A stretch of 64,000 bases of DNA from Camelus ferus (Eukaryota): contig NC_045697.1 of assembly GCF_009834535.1 (NCBI RefSeq), positions 20,152,001 to 20,216,000 of the forward strand. Direction: 5' to 3'. This document shows positions 12,376 through 25,412 of the stretch, one piece after another (within the stretch, counting starts at the first letter, position 1; the number at the start of each line of letters is the position of its first letter). The notes under the pieces were generated by a model. It searched no databases. It was not told where the DNA came from and was given only the letters and a program-made list of their open reading frames with translations. The position numbers and the translations under genes are program-made.

Positions 12376-13239
12376 AAATGAACCTTAATTTTTATATTGG
12401 ATGTTGGATACTAAGAGAACACCTGAGGATAAAATATTACTTAAAAATAAGAAAAAAAAAGCACAATTAGGGATTAAAAAATAAACTCAAAATTAAATAA
12501 GAGTGAATTCAAATTTATTAAAAATCTATGAATATATGATGAGATAAACTATGTTTTCTGCCTTTGCTAGTTGGCATGAACGTCGTAAGAAAGATGGCTG
12601 AGGAGAAAGCTCAAATTTCATGCAAAGTTAACACAAAGCCATTTATGACTCCCTCCTCAAAACTCAGTGCTGGAAAAGTTAAAGGCAGGAAGGAAACATG
12701 GACTCCAAGAACTAATCAATCAAGCAAACAATAACAACAAAATATGAGTACCTAGCAGCAGGACAATTAAGACAATCATAGGAAGACAGGGTGTTGTCTA
12801 GGACCCGAGTGCTTAGGCATGCGGGGCTGCAGTCTGGACAGGAAGGCAGCTGGAGCATGCAGGGAGGAGATGGCTGGAACAGGGTGTTTTAGGCTTTGTG
12901 TCTCGCCTTAGCTCCTGCTAGCCTTATTTCTTTAGAATGAAACAAAACCCCACAACAATTGCCAAAGCCATCTGTGGTCATGTCCTTGGATTTTATCTGT
13001 GCATTGACAAATGCGGGAGTTGACAAAAATGGGTGAAAATTGAGTAACTCTTGGGCATTATTACTTCAACCCCGAACATAAAATATTCCTTTTGGACTGA
13101 CAGAAAATGGGAATAATCAAACTGGCTACAATTGTCACCATTAAAAAAAGAGGGGATCTGACTTGGAAGCCTTATTCAACCCATATTAGCAGGCCATGTC
13201 TGATAACCTGAAGGCAGTGTAAGCTCACAGACCAAAAAC

Positions 13240-14830
13240 TAGATATCTGAGGAAGACACACACCATAAAAGTGATTGGCCCAAGGAAAGATTTGAAGCAG
13301 TTACTGCCAACAGACAGGTCAACATTTTTTAAAGAAAATAAAGATGTTAGCAATAAAAATAAATAATTTGAGATGTTACGTATAAAAAATGTAATGGTTG
13401 AAATAAAGACAAAGTAGATGGGGGTCTTAATAGGATACAGTAAAGAAGAAATCAGTGGATTGGGATATCAGACTGAAGGACGCTCAGGTAACTTAAGGAA
13501 GGGATAGCGTTGGAAAATATGTAAGAAAGCCTAAGGCATATAAAATCACACTATAAAAATTAACAGCATTTTTCTATACCAGAGATAAATGACTAAGACA
13601 TACCACAAAGCCTTAGTAATAAAAACAGTGTCGTTTAAATAAGTGGCATTGCTTAAAGGATATCAAGACGGAACCATATGTTTGGGGACATACAATGCCA
13701 TAAATATGTGACTGCAAATCAAAAAGACAAGGGCAGGTTTTTCAGTCTATAAAAATTGGCTCACGATATGGAAAAAAAAAATAAAGAATCTGAAACTCTA
13801 CCTTTACATGACATCAGGTAGCTCCTATTGAATTAATTGTTTAAAAGTGAAAGATAAAGCTATAAAGTTAGAAGAAGAAAATGTGAAAAATATTTCTTGC
13901 CTAGGGAGAAGGAAGTCTTAGGCAAAACTTCTCACCAATGAAGGCTTTTTGAAAAGAATCAACTGAATCATATCACAAGTAACAGCTTCTGTCAGTGAAA
14001 AACACTACAGACAAAATTATTAGAAGAATGCTAGAACGGGAGAAAATACATGCTTTTCAAAAACTGGCAATGATTGAATACTCTTTCCCCTCAAAATTAA
14101 GGGGGGTCTTGTCAGTCAACAAGAATTATATAGAAGTTCCAAGGAACACATGAGCAAAGGTCATAAACTGTAATTACAGAGGAGAAATACTAAAGTGCTA
14201 ATAAGGTATAAAGAGAGGCACATTGTCATTAGAAATCAGAAACATGCCAATGCAAGTAACAATGAGATATTAGCGTATACCTATTTCTCTGGCAAAACTT
14301 TAAAAGCTGGACAATTCTAAGTACGCTTGTGGCTCTTGGAACAGCAGCTCTCAAGCACGGGTGGTGGCTCTGTAACCTGTGAAATCTATTCTACATGGCA
14401 CCCTACCAGGACCAAAGTACTCAAATGCATACATTTTATCCCAGCAGTTCTGCTCCTGGGAGTTCATCATGTAGAATTCCTTACACTGGTCCACAAGGGG
14501 GCGTTTACTAAGATGTTCAGTACCCTGTCCTGAGCGGTAGTGAAGCATTACAGACAATCGAGGTACCCATCACTTGGACAGAAGAGGGAGAAATGTGGTT
14601 GCACATCAAACAGCAGAGGAAGGAGTAAACACACATAACAGAGCATGGCTGAACCTTATAAATACAGCTCTGAGTTAAATATATAACATAATACAGGAGA
14701 TACAATGCATAAGATCACTTAGGTAAATTTTAAAAATACTTGCATTAATCAGTATATATTTTAAAAGAACACATAAAGGGGCATAATAAAGATGAAAATT
14801 TTTATGTCTGGGGAGAAATGGAAGGAAAAT
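13240..14830 (+). mobile_element. Ancient LINE-1 (L1ME-like) mosaic of ORF1, ORF2 and 3' remnants; may extend 5' to about 12590
   Basis: A-rich sense strand with degenerate L1 motifs: 'caaagccttagtaataaaaacagtgt', 'aaagctataaagttagaagaagaaaat', 'ttttatcccagcagttctgctcctgggagtt'. No open frame. Confidence 0.7.
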
Positions 14831-14839
14831 ATCTTGGAA

Positions 14840-14970
14840 ATAAAGAAAGAAAGCAAGGGAGGAAGGGATAGGGGTGGGAGGAAGAGAGGGGAGAGGGGAG
14901 GAAGGGAGGAAGAAAGGGGCTAATGAAAGGAAAGTGGGGAGGAGGGAGGAGGAAAGGAAGAGAGGAAACG
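14840..14970. repeat. Purine-rich (GA) low-complexity tract with multiple G-runs
   Basis: 'gggaggaagggataggggtgggaggaagagagggggagaggggaggaagggagg' read directly. Confidence 0.9.
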
Positions 14971-15101
14971 TGAATGGACGAATAATGTTAAGGTACCACG
15001 AGTAATATGATTAAGTCATTGTCTTAATTTGAAGGTTTTGTTTTTTTTTTCAAAGGGACCAGTAATTTGTGAGAGAATGTCTTTCTCTTCAAGGAAGAAT
15101 G

Positions 15102-15121
15102 CACACACACACACACACACA
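15102..15121. repeat. (CA)10 microsatellite
   Basis: Read directly. Confidence 0.95.
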
Positions 15122-15601
15122 AATGTATGTCCCATTTTGTACAAATACGTCCCAGAGTTATGCACAAACAAAATAATAAAATAGAAAAAGATGAAATCAT
15201 GCATTTTCTTGCTGAAATCTGTGACTCAAAAGTTTTGGTATAATTTATACAGCTAATATCATAGTGTCTGACAAACTATAAATGTTCAGCACAACATTCA
15301 TTAAGTAAATGATTGAAGCCATAATTGGTTTAAAATAAAAGGAAAAAGTTTATTCATTTATACTTTTGAAAAGAATTAACACCTCAACATCTACAGCCGT
15401 GACCGAGGTTTGTATGCCTATTGCCCAAGCGATGGGTGGGTAAGACTCCGGCCAGGCCCCTTGGTGTGTGGTGCTGGTTACAGAACCAAAGCCAAACAGG
15501 GCTGTAGCAGAGTCCTCAGGGGTACAGAGCTGTTTCCATGTCTTACAGCCGGGAACACAGTCAGGGAGTTTTTGACCTCAAAGAGTCAGCTGCTAGCTTT
15601 T

Positions 15602-15743
15602 GTGGGTTTTTGTTTGTTTTGTTTTTTGGTTATTGATTTATTTAATTGAAGTATAGTCAGCTACAGTGTGTCAGTTTCTGGTGTACAGCACAATGTCCCA
15701 GTCATGCATATACACATGTATTCCATATATTTGTTTTCATATT
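15602..15743 (-). mobile_element. Very short LINE-1 3' end insertion with TSD
   Basis: 'aattgaagtatagtcagctacagtgtgtcagtttctggtgtacagc' matches the other young L1 3' ends; flanked by direct repeat ctagctttt (15593-15601 and 15744-15752). Confidence 0.88.
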
Positions 15744-15789
15744 CTAGCTTTTAGCTTAATTTTGACTTTTTGGTTTCCCATCTCATGAT

Positions 15790-16750
15790 CTGCAAAGAAA
15801 AAATTGATGAATAATTGATCAAATTTAAGATTTCTCCTCTTTGAGAAACACTGATAAGAATGAAAGTAGAATCCATGTGTCAAGAGGAAGTTATTTGGAC
15901 AGCATGCATCTGATTAAGGCCTTGTAATCAGTGTACATAAAGAACTCTCAAGAACTCAGCAGTGACACAACAGCAAAAAATTATTTTTAAAATGCAAAAA
16001 GAAATGGATACTTTACCAAAGAAAATATATGGATGGCAAGGAAGGATATGAGAAGATTTGCAATATCATTGATCATCAGGGAAATGCACAATAAGATAAA
16101 CTACACATCTGTTAGAATGGCAAAAATTAAAAAAAAAAAAAAGAGTACTCATACCAAGTGCTGGTGAAGATGAAGGGACACTGGAATTCTCATATACATC
16201 TGGTGGGAATATAAAATATCATTTTGAAGAAAGTTTTTGCAGTTTCTTAAAGTGGTAAACATACACTCATCCTGTTAATGCAGCCAGATTACTTCTAGGG
16301 GTGTTAAAGCACATATCTATACTCAGCCTACACACCAATGTTCATAGCTTAAAAATTTAATTATTGCTGCATACCACAAAATATGTAAATTTCAAAATCA
16401 TCATGGTGAGTGAAAGAAGTCCAATAGGAAAAGAATACAAATTGTCTAGCTGCATTTATGTAAATTCCTAGAAAATGCAAACTAATCCATCATGGCTGAA
16501 AGCAAATCATTCTCTGGGGAGCGGCATGCAGGTGGGGTGGAAGGGTGGATAATGGGCAGAGAGGTCAGGAGGGAGGCATCACAAAGGGGAATGAGGAAAC
16601 TTCTGGGAGTGGTAGATACGTTCATTATCCTGACTTTCATGATGGGTCCATGGGTGCAGACATATGTCAAATCTTATCAAATTGTACCTTTAAATGTGTA
16701 GGTCATTGTGTGTCAATTGTACCTCAAAAAACTCCTTTAAAAAATAAATA
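15790..16750 (+). mobile_element. Old LINE-1 (L1MD/L1ME1-like) ORF2 end plus 3'UTR
   Basis: 'ataccaagtgctggtgaagatg...ctggaattctcatatacatctggtgggaatataaaat' and 3' end 'atatgtcaaatcttatcaaattgtacctttaaat...tcaattgtacctcaa'. Confidence 0.82.
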
Positions 16751-18094
16751 CACGGAGATGATATAAAGGTACACTAGAAAAATCATACAATACTGTCAGG
16801 AGAGATCTTCATTTAACCAGATCAGGTGCATCTGAGTGCCACGTCTGATGTTCTTAGCGCAGGCTTGCTGAGGTACCAGTGCAGGTCAGTGTCTCCAAAG
16901 CCTGGAGTCCCCCATTAGCCATTCCCCTGCAGACAACAGCAGGACATAAAGCTCTTGACCTGAACTGATACTTTTCTTACCTGTATATTCTCACTTCTTA
17001 AAGCCCTCAAGCCACAGGCACAGACTCTGTATTTGATGCAAATGTGTGAGATAAGGCTCACTTTCCACAAGCAAGAAACATCTTTATTTCAACTTAATTA
17101 TTTTTAAAACAATCCAATTTTAACTGTGTATCTCCTTCCTCTTTGACAGAAAATTCAAGCTTGGCCATAGGCAGCAGCAAAAAAAAAAAAAAAAGTCCTG
17201 GGATGTCTCCTGTGCTTCGTCAGCACAGTGCACTGGTTTCCTCTAAGAAACCTGCAGGTTCATTTCACAAGATTCCTGTAGCTCCCTCAGCCCTGCCACT
17301 TACTCTGACTCATTAATCTTTGCCGAGGCTGGAACCATACCAGTTTTCCACTTGGAATTCTTGATACTTTCTTGGAAAATCTCAACAGAACAGATTAAGG
17401 AGTCGCATTGATTGTCCTCACCATAGAACTGCACCCCAATTTGCTTTCTCCAATCTCCTGATTTTGCCTTTAGCCTAAAAAAAAAAAAAAATCCCTTCTT
17501 TCTGTTCATGTTTCTTTGTGTCTTCTTCCTCTAGGGATCCTAGACTGATTGCTTCAGGGGATTTTGGTTATAGGAAACAAAGGCCAAGTAAGGGGGGTGT
17601 CATGCAGACAATTGCTTTTTCTTCCTCCCAAAAATGCCTCTTAAGAAAGGACAGCTCAGAGCCTGTTATCTGCAGAGCAGAAGAAAGGAGAGGAGAAATT
17701 ACAAAGAGAAAGCGATAAATTGATGTCTCAAACATTTCATAAGGACACAAAGTATTTGATTTCCAAACTGTTTTGGTAGCATTTGCTAAAATCTTTTCAA
17801 AAGTCCAATCCAGTGAAGAAACTTCTTGAAGACTGCAGTGCCTTGCAAAGCCTTGCACCTGCTCTGCGTTGTGAGGAAGACCCACAGAATCAGCTTCCAC
17901 TCTGGCAGAAAGTTAGAATATGCTAGATAACAATTCTGAGAATTCACATGTGTGTGAGTCTCTCTGTGTATGAGTGTGTACGAGAGAGAGAGACAGACAG
18001 ATGGACACCTAAAAGCATTGTTCATAAAACAATATGCTGTAGTTCACATTGTCTTTTCTCAGATATTGCACTGCTCTAGTCTCACTTCAGCCCT

Positions 18095-18230
18095 TGTGAG
18101 AAAATATTTTAATTGTAATCTCCATTTAAAAAACTAGGTTTAGGGAAGTTAGGTGACTTGCCAAAAATATGAAGTTAATTCAACAGAGATAGGATTTGAA
18201 ATCAAGTTTTCCTCTTTAAAATCTCTTAAT
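18095..18230 (-). mobile_element. MIR fragment
   Basis: 'ctccattt...aaactaggtttagggaagttaggtgacttgccaaa...ggatttgaaatcaag'. Confidence 0.7.
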
Positions 18231-18849
18231 ATGCTAGTGTTATCAACAGTATTGGATTCACATTCTGCCTAGACAGTTTACACACAAGATGTATATTTCT
18301 CTTCTATAAAATGTGGATAATCCGGTAACCACCATGCTTACTACTCCTAAGGGAACCATGCCCCCATATGCAAATAGGTAAACCTATTTGATTTTCTTAA
18401 CATGACTAATTCTTCTGCTCTCCCGGAAGATAATATGTAAGTATTTCCAAATCACTGTGATGGTGTATATCATTTAAAAATTAACATGTTTTATCTGTGA
18501 GGTGCAATTCCAGATTTAATGAATAACTTAACTTCAGGTAAGACAAACTGTAAAGAACTTTCTAAAATAAATTATTTACTCTGTTGGTGGTGTTAATTTT
18601 TTTTTCCTGCCAAATACTTGTTTTGAGCAATTTTTGATTAGTAACCAAGAACTACAACTGTCGAAGGAAAAGCTGTACACGTTACGAGACACCTAGTGAA
18701 GCGGAGTTAACAGAAGTAGGGTAGATTTCTTCCACGTGCTTCCCCAGATCTGCTCGTCTCCCTCTCCCTCGTCTTTGCTCTGAGAACCTGTCCCAGGTGA
18801 ACTACATAACTGGGACACCTGAGCTTTCAGGACTGGTTTTGTTGGGTTG

Positions 18850-19200
18850 GTGTGCGGGGTTTCCATTGGAGAAGGGAGAAAGAAGAGTGAGGCCAAGATC
18901 CTTATTCAACTTGCTGCCTCTCAGTGAGAGCGACTTAAATTTTCTAAGTCCCTAAAAAAACAGCCTGTCTGTAAGATTCTTCCTCTTTTTGGCATTTGGA
19001 AGCCTCTCTCTCCCTCATCCCTTCAGCCTAGACTGATAACAGTCTTGCAACTTTGTAGTCAAGAATCTTGCAATGTCTCTTTCTTTCATGTTCTATAACC
19101 ATCAACACATTTGTAATTAATTTCTTTGTAAATAAACTTTCTCCAAATTACCTTAATTTGAGTGTGCCATCTGTTTCTTATTTGGACCCTGATTGATACA
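18850..19200 (+). mobile_element. ERVL solo LTR (LTR33-like); 5' boundary uncertain
   Basis: 3' end 'aataaactttctcc...tttgagtgtgccatctgtttc...ggaccctgattgataca' with poly(A) signal and terminal CA. Confidence 0.7.
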
Positions 19201-19741
19201 AATTATTATATAAGCTTCCAGAAATTTGCTTAATAAAAGTTTTATATTTTTTTCTGCACAAATAGTAGCATTCTCTGCACAATTTTGTTTTTTTTTTTAA
19301 TTAATAACGTATCTTGTGGATTTTTTCCATGTTAGCGTAATGAAGATTTACTGTGTTAAAGTAAGTTTTAAACAGTGTAAAATTTGGAAGGCTATGAAAT
19401 GAAAAGTAAGTATTATCTATAATGGAAATGTTTATCATCACCAAAAGAGTTTAATACACAATCATTTGTTTTCAAATTTCTCACAACTTCAGAATCTATT
19501 GAATGAGAATTTAATGTCACCACAAGATTAAAAATTATTCACCTTCCAGAGGAGAAAGTCATTTTTTTCTTTCAATCCCATGTGTCACTGATTTTCTTTA
19601 AAGTAAATCCTTTTGTAACTACCTAATAAAACAGAACATGTTTACCACCTTAGGAAAGAGTGTGTATCACGTAAAAGTGAAAAATATCAAGGAGCAGTAT
19701 GATTGTAGGTGGGCCTTATTACCACTGGCATGAGGGTTGAA

Positions 19742-19815
19742 CCATATCAAATCAATACATTATAACCCTTAAACTTACATAACATTATATGTTGATTATA
19801 TCGCAGTTAAAAAAT
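19742..19815 (+). mobile_element. L1MA/L1MB-type extreme 3' end fragment
   Basis: 'atcaaatcaatacattataacccttaaacttacataacattatatgttgattatatc...aaaaaa'. Confidence 0.6.
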
Positions 19816-19959
19816 GATAATTTTTAAAACTAGCTTATATTGGAGTCTACAAAACCACTGCTGATATCACTGGTTATAGGTCTTTTCTATATATTAGTGT
19901 ATCCTTTGAACAGATAGAGAGCATTTGTCAGGGGTGGAGAGGAAGTGAGGCCATCTTTT

Positions 19960-21658
19960 TTTTTTTTATTGAAGTATAATGAGTTTACAATGTTGTGTCA
20001 ACTTCTGGTGTACAGCACATTTCTGCAGTCATACATGTATATACATATATCCATTTTCATATTCTTTTTCACCATGAGCAACTACAAGATGTCAAAAATA
20101 ATTCCCTGTGCTATACGTTATAAACTTGTTTATCTGTTTTATATATAACATCAGTATCTGCAAATCTTGAACTCCCAGTTTATCCCTTCCCACCCCCTTC
20201 CCCTCTGGTAACCATAAGTTTGTTTTCTATGTCTGTGAGTCTGTTTCTGTTTTACATATAAGTTCATTTGCTTTTTTTTTTTTTTTTTAGATCCCATATA
20301 TGAGTGATATAGTATTTTTCTTCCTTCTTCTGGCTTTCTTCTCTTAGAATGACGTTCTCCAGGGCCATCCATGTTGCTGCAAATGATATTATTTTGTTGT
20401 TTTTTATGGCTGAGTAGTATTCCATTGTGTGTGTCTGTGTGTGTGTGTGTGTACCACAACTTCTTTATCCAGTCATCTGTTGGTGGACATTTAGGCTGTT
20501 TACATGTCTTGGCTATTGTAAATAGTGCTGCTATGAACAGTGGGGTGCAGGTGTCTTTTTGAATTAGGGTTCCTTCTAGATATATGCCTAGGAGTGGGAT
20601 TGTTGGATCATATGGTAAATCTATTTTTAGTTTTTTGTGGAATCTCTGTACTGTTCTCCACAATGGCTGTACCAAACTGCATTCCCACCAGCAGTGTAGG
20701 AGGGTTCCCTTTTCTCCACAGCCTCTCCAGCATTTGTCATTTGTGAACTTTTGAATGATGACCATTCTGATTGATGTGAGGTGATAACCTGATTGTAGTT
20801 TTGATTTGCATTTCTCTTAATATTAGCGCTATTTCATGTGCCTATTGGCCATTTGTATGTCTTCATTGGAGAATTGCTTGTTTAGGTCTTCTGCCCATTT
20901 TTGGATTGGGTTGTTTTTTTCTTATTAAGTCATATGAGCTGTTTATATATTCTGGAAATCAAGCCCTTGTCAGTCTCATCTTGTGCAAATATTTTCTCCA
21001 ATTCTGTAGGTTGTCATTTTGCTTCGCTTATGGTTTCCTTTGCTGTGAAAAAGCTTGTGAGTTTAATTTAGTCCTAATTGTTTATTTTTGCTTTTATTTC
21101 TGTTGCTTGGGTAGACTGCCCTAGGAGAACATTGCTGAGATGTATGTGAGATAATGTTTAGCCCATGTTTTCTTCTAGGAGATTTATTGTGACTTGTCTT
21201 ATGTTTACTTCTTTAAGCCATTTTGAGTTTATTTTTGTGTATAATGTGAAGGGAGTATTCTAACTTCATTAATTTACATGCAGCCATCCAGTTTTCCTAA
21301 CACCATTTGCTGAAGAGACTGTCTTTACTCCATGGTATGTTCTTGCCTCCTTTATCAAAGATTAGTTGACCAAAAGTTTGTGGGTTCATTTCTGGGCTCT
21401 TTTTCTGTTCCATTGATCTTTACGTCTGTTTTTGTAACAATACCATGCTGTTTTGATTAATGTAGCTCTGTAGTATCGTCTGAAGTCTGGGAGGGTTATT
21501 CCTCCATCTTCATTCTTTTTCTTCAGTAATGCTTTGCCAATTCTGGGTCTTTTGTGATTCCATATAAATTTTAATGTGATTTGTTCTAGTTCTGTGAAAA
21601 ATGTCCTGGGTACTTTGATAGAGGTTGCATTAAATCTGTAGATTGCCTTGGGCAGTAA
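19960..21658 (-). mobile_element. 5'-truncated young LINE-1 (about 1.7 kb) with poly(A) tail, 12-bp TSD and frameshifted ORF2 C-terminus
   Basis: TSD aggccatctttt at 19948-19959 and 21659-21670; poly(T) on the + strand; ORF2 peptides [10 protein letters not shown]...[10 protein letters not shown]...[12 protein letters not shown] (21386-21712) and [19 protein letters not shown]...[12 protein letters not shown] (20151-20765). Confidence 0.97.
20440..21655 (-). pseudogene. Disrupted L1 ORF2p fragment (post-RT region and C-terminal Cys-rich domain)
   Basis: Canonical L1 ORF2 motifs split over separate frames, with no EN or RT core; a (TG)n expansion near 20427-20452 disrupts the terminus. Confidence 0.9.
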
Positions 21659-22751
21659 AGGCCATCTTTTGACTCTGAGAATATTAGCAGGGTGCGTGTG
21701 TCCTTTGTTCAACTTTCAAACATCTGCAATAACCATCTTCTTTTGGTAGCTACCAACACTTATGTTAGTCAGCTTCATGGGAACGTTGAATAAGCCTACA
21801 CACATTTCCAATCTCTTGACATCTTCTTAATTCCCATTGATATATTTATTATCAGAATGTTCTAATAAAATCCTTGGAATGCCTCCCCAATGATATAAAT
21901 ATTCTGGAAAAGTATTAAATAGCATTAACAAAATAAAAAAAAGAACTGTATTGAAATCTAAAGGGAATCACATAATTCTGAGAAAAATTCTATTTTCACA
22001 AAAAATAAAACCATATGGCCAAGTGAGAATCACTTTTTTTTTTTCCATATTTACATCATCTTCTTATTAAATGTTCCGTATGCTATTGTCTGGGAGACTG
22101 GAACCACATTATGTTTAAACAGATTCAATCTATTCATTTATTAAAAATGACTAAACAAGACAATTGTTTACTTCCCAAAAAAGCATACCATTTCCTTTAT
22201 GGTACTCCTTTTCTCTGTGGATTCCTTCAGTTTTGGGCTAAGAAGTGAGTTTTCTCTGCCCTGGAGGACTCCGCTTTCTTTTGGTTGGCAATGATCCTTC
22301 TCTCAGAGTTTATTTCAGCACTAAGATTCAAGAGTCTTGTGGAACCTGTCTCTGTGTTTATATTGTTCCTTTTAGCATTTTAAAGCTACATGAGTCTTTT
22401 TAAGCCAAAGAAGAATGGGCATTCTCTGTGAATCTCAATCTTAAATTATACTATTGCAAAAAACACTGTGATTTCCTACAGAAGCACATTAAAACACTGG
22501 ATGGGGTTCTCACTAGACTTGGAATTAAATAAGTAATAGAAATGACCATAATGTATTATAAAACAAATAACTTAACAATCACGGACCTATGTAACTACTG
22601 AACAAATTTAAGGTATCTTTAAGATAAAAATGGGCATTGGTATAATGTACACATTAATTCTACTAGAGATCCCAATGTATTTCAGTGTTCACACATGGTA
22701 AATAAAGTATAGAATCATACTGTATCTTAAATATGACCTAACTTTATGATA

Positions 22752-23844
22752 GCAGGGTAGGCATAATAATGCTTCCCCAATGAAACGTTCCTATCCCCTA
22801 AACTCTGTAATCTGTGAGTGTGTTGTATATTCATATTCAGATATCATTAAGGTTACTGACGTTGAGATGGAGAAATTATCCTGGTTTACCCAGGTGGACC
22901 CAAAGTAGTCACATGGACCCTTAAAAATAGAAAAGAGTTGCAGAAGAAATGAGTCACAGATGTAGCAGAAAAGGAAGACAGAAGAAAGATTTTAAGTACG
23001 AGAAGAACTGGGCCTCCTTGGCTGACTTTGAAAATGGAGGAGAGGGGCCACTGAAAATCTGATAAAGACTTCCAGCAGACAGCCAACAGAGAAACAGGGA
23101 CCTCATTCTTACAGCTACATGGACCAGAATTTGCCAACAACTTGAATGTCCTTGGAAACTGATGCTCCCCAAGAGGCTCCAGAAAGGAAGCAAGCCCTGC
23201 AGACACCTTGATTTCAACTTCATAACAGAGCTGACTCCGTATGGAATCTGTTTCTTGAGCTCTAACCTTTGTTCTCTGTTGCCTGTGCTTAGTCATGCTG
23301 GGTCTGTACCTTTTATAAAAAAATGTTGCCTAGAGCCTGAAATATGCAGGACAGCCCATTCTCAAGGCCCTGACCTTTAAAGGGATAACACTTTCCCATT
23401 CATATAGAGATAAAAAGTTGCAGAACAGAGAATGACATATGTCTTGTTGGAGGTTTATAGGAACATTGTGACCAGACCTACATGGACAGATGCAAGAACA
23501 ATGGATTCCTGCACCAAGAGGTTTGCAACAACCAGCCAAACCCCCACCCCTTTTAGTATAAAAAGAGCCTGAATTCTGACTCTGGTAAGAAAGTTCTTTG
23601 GGACACTGGACTACCATCTTCTCAGTCTGCTGGCTTTCTGAATAAAGTCGCTATTCCTTGCTCCAACACCTCCTATCTCAATTTATTGGCCTGTTGTGCA
23701 GCAAGTAGTGCGAACTTGGACTCAGTAACACTGAGGCAGACAAGCCAAGTCCACCTGCCTACAGAACTGTGAGCTAATAATTGATGTTGCTTAAGCCAGT
23801 GAGTTGGTGGTAATTTGTTAAGGTAGCAAAAGAGAACTAATACA
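22752..23844 (+). mobile_element. MaLR solo LTR (MLT1D/E-like), split by a nested ERV1 LTR
   Basis: 'ggtaggcataataatg...ttgagatggagaaattatcctggtttacccaggtggaccc...gacaccttgatttca' resumes at 23731 with '...acagaactgtgag...ggtaatttgttaaggtagcaaaagagaactaataca'. Confidence 0.88.
23222..23730 (+). mobile_element. ERV1-class solo LTR nested in MLT1
   Basis: TATAAAA at 23557, AATAAA at 23641, terminal 'ttggactcagtaaca'; interrupts collinear MLT1 sequence. Confidence 0.82.
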
Positions 23845-24423
23845 GTCCACAAGCTTTATTTGTGATAATTGTGATGGTCCAGATTCTTTTAAAGGATCTG
23901 ATCAATGGTATTTTAAATTTTATTTTATGTTTATAATTAGATCTATCTTCTTCAATAGGCAGAAGGAGGCCGTGAAATAAGGTGTATCACTACCCAATTA
24001 AGGCAAAGTGCATTAAGATAGTTGAGTGGTCTTCCAAACTACATATTATAACTTTCTTTAGTTCATCTATATGGTTTCCTAAGGAATCAAGATGTTAGTA
24101 CAATCTAGCCCTTTTGCCCCTGTTGTTCATTTTAGAATGGATGACAGTGTAACAAATTTTGGCCAAGTCAATGCCCTGTGCCATTGACCATGTTTCTTGA
24201 TTATGGGATGGAGATCTGCTTAAAGGTAGAAAAAATAAGGAAACTGATATACAGAGAAACAACAAAGACAGAAATGGAGAAAGCATAAGGCATTTGAGTT
24301 TATGGTCTAGTAAGCCACAGGTACTTTTCCAAACCTGATATGGGATAATAAATTAATTCTTTCTTAAGGTAGACAGAAATGTGTTACAGTCATTTACAAG
24401 TGAAAAGAATCAGGGTGGAATAC

Positions 24424-24910
24424 TGTGTTTGGTTTTGGTTGGGGCTATTACAGATTATTGCAAACAGTGGCATAAAACAACTCAAATTTATTCTGCTACA
24501 GCTCATTTGGTCAGAAGTCTGACAAAGTTCTCACTTAGCTAAAATCAGGGTCCAGCGGGGCTATGTCCTTTTCTGGATGCTCTCAGGAAGAATATATTTT
24601 CATGTCTTTTCCAGCTACTAGAGGACATCCTCATTTCTTAGCTTATGGCCTCTTTCCTCTGTCTTCAAAAGCCAGCAACATCCCCTCTCTCTGTGACTTT
24701 CTTCCATGGTCACAACTCCTTCTGACTCTTCTGCTTCCCTCTTTCACTTTAAAAGACCCTTGTAATTACAATGGGCCCACCAAAATAATCCAGAATAATC
24801 TCTATTTTAGGGTCAACCACGTAGTAATTTAATACCAATTGTGATGTTAATTCCCCTTTTGCCATGTAACCTAACATATCACATGTTCTGGGGATTAGGA
24901 CATGGACGTC
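24424..24910 (-). mobile_element. MaLR solo LTR (MLT1C/D-like)
   Basis: 'gtggcataaaacaac...tcagaagtctga...tcttttccagctactagagg...gggcccaccaaaataatccagaataatctc...ggggattaggacatggac'. Confidence 0.88.
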
Positions 24911-24947
24911 ATATAGACATTGCTATATCTACCAATGCACTAAGGGT

Positions 24948-25193
24948 TCATAGAGTAATGGTCATGAGAATTGACATTGATGCACAGAAAAATGGAACTC
25001 ATATCCTATATCTTCCTTGTTGTACGGCCTTGGGCCTGTATTAAGGTGTTCTGAGCCTCAATTTTCCCAATTGTAACCAACTGTAAAATAGAGGCAACAA
25101 CGGTTACTTCACAGGAGAGCTTTCAAAATTAAATTTGTGAAGTAGTCAGAACAATGCTAATACAATAGTAATATGATAAATGTTAATTATTAT
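24948..25193 (+). mobile_element. MIR SINE
   Basis: 'ccttgggc...ttctgagcctcaattttccc...ctgtaaaatagagg...atagtaatatgataaatgttaattattat'. Confidence 0.75.
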
Positions 25194-25412
25194 GTGTTGA
25201 TTAAGAAAGGAAAATTTCACCAGAATCCAGAGGAAGGGAAGACAGTGGCATAATGAGGGATAGAAACAATGATTCTCCTGAGTCCTTGGTTTACGTAGTG
25301 TTAAAGACAAGGATACCTGTTAGGTGTGAGCTCTCCTAGGCCTAGTGACTTCTGTGGTAAGTTAGGTTGTCCCAGATGGATATTGAAAAAAAAAAAAGAA
25401 CACTGTTAGTAG

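Noticed and set aside
20151..20765. 204-aa ORF, the longest in the window
   Set aside because: It is the L1 ORF2 C-terminal fragment reading through a (CA)n expansion into the 3'UTR, not a host gene.
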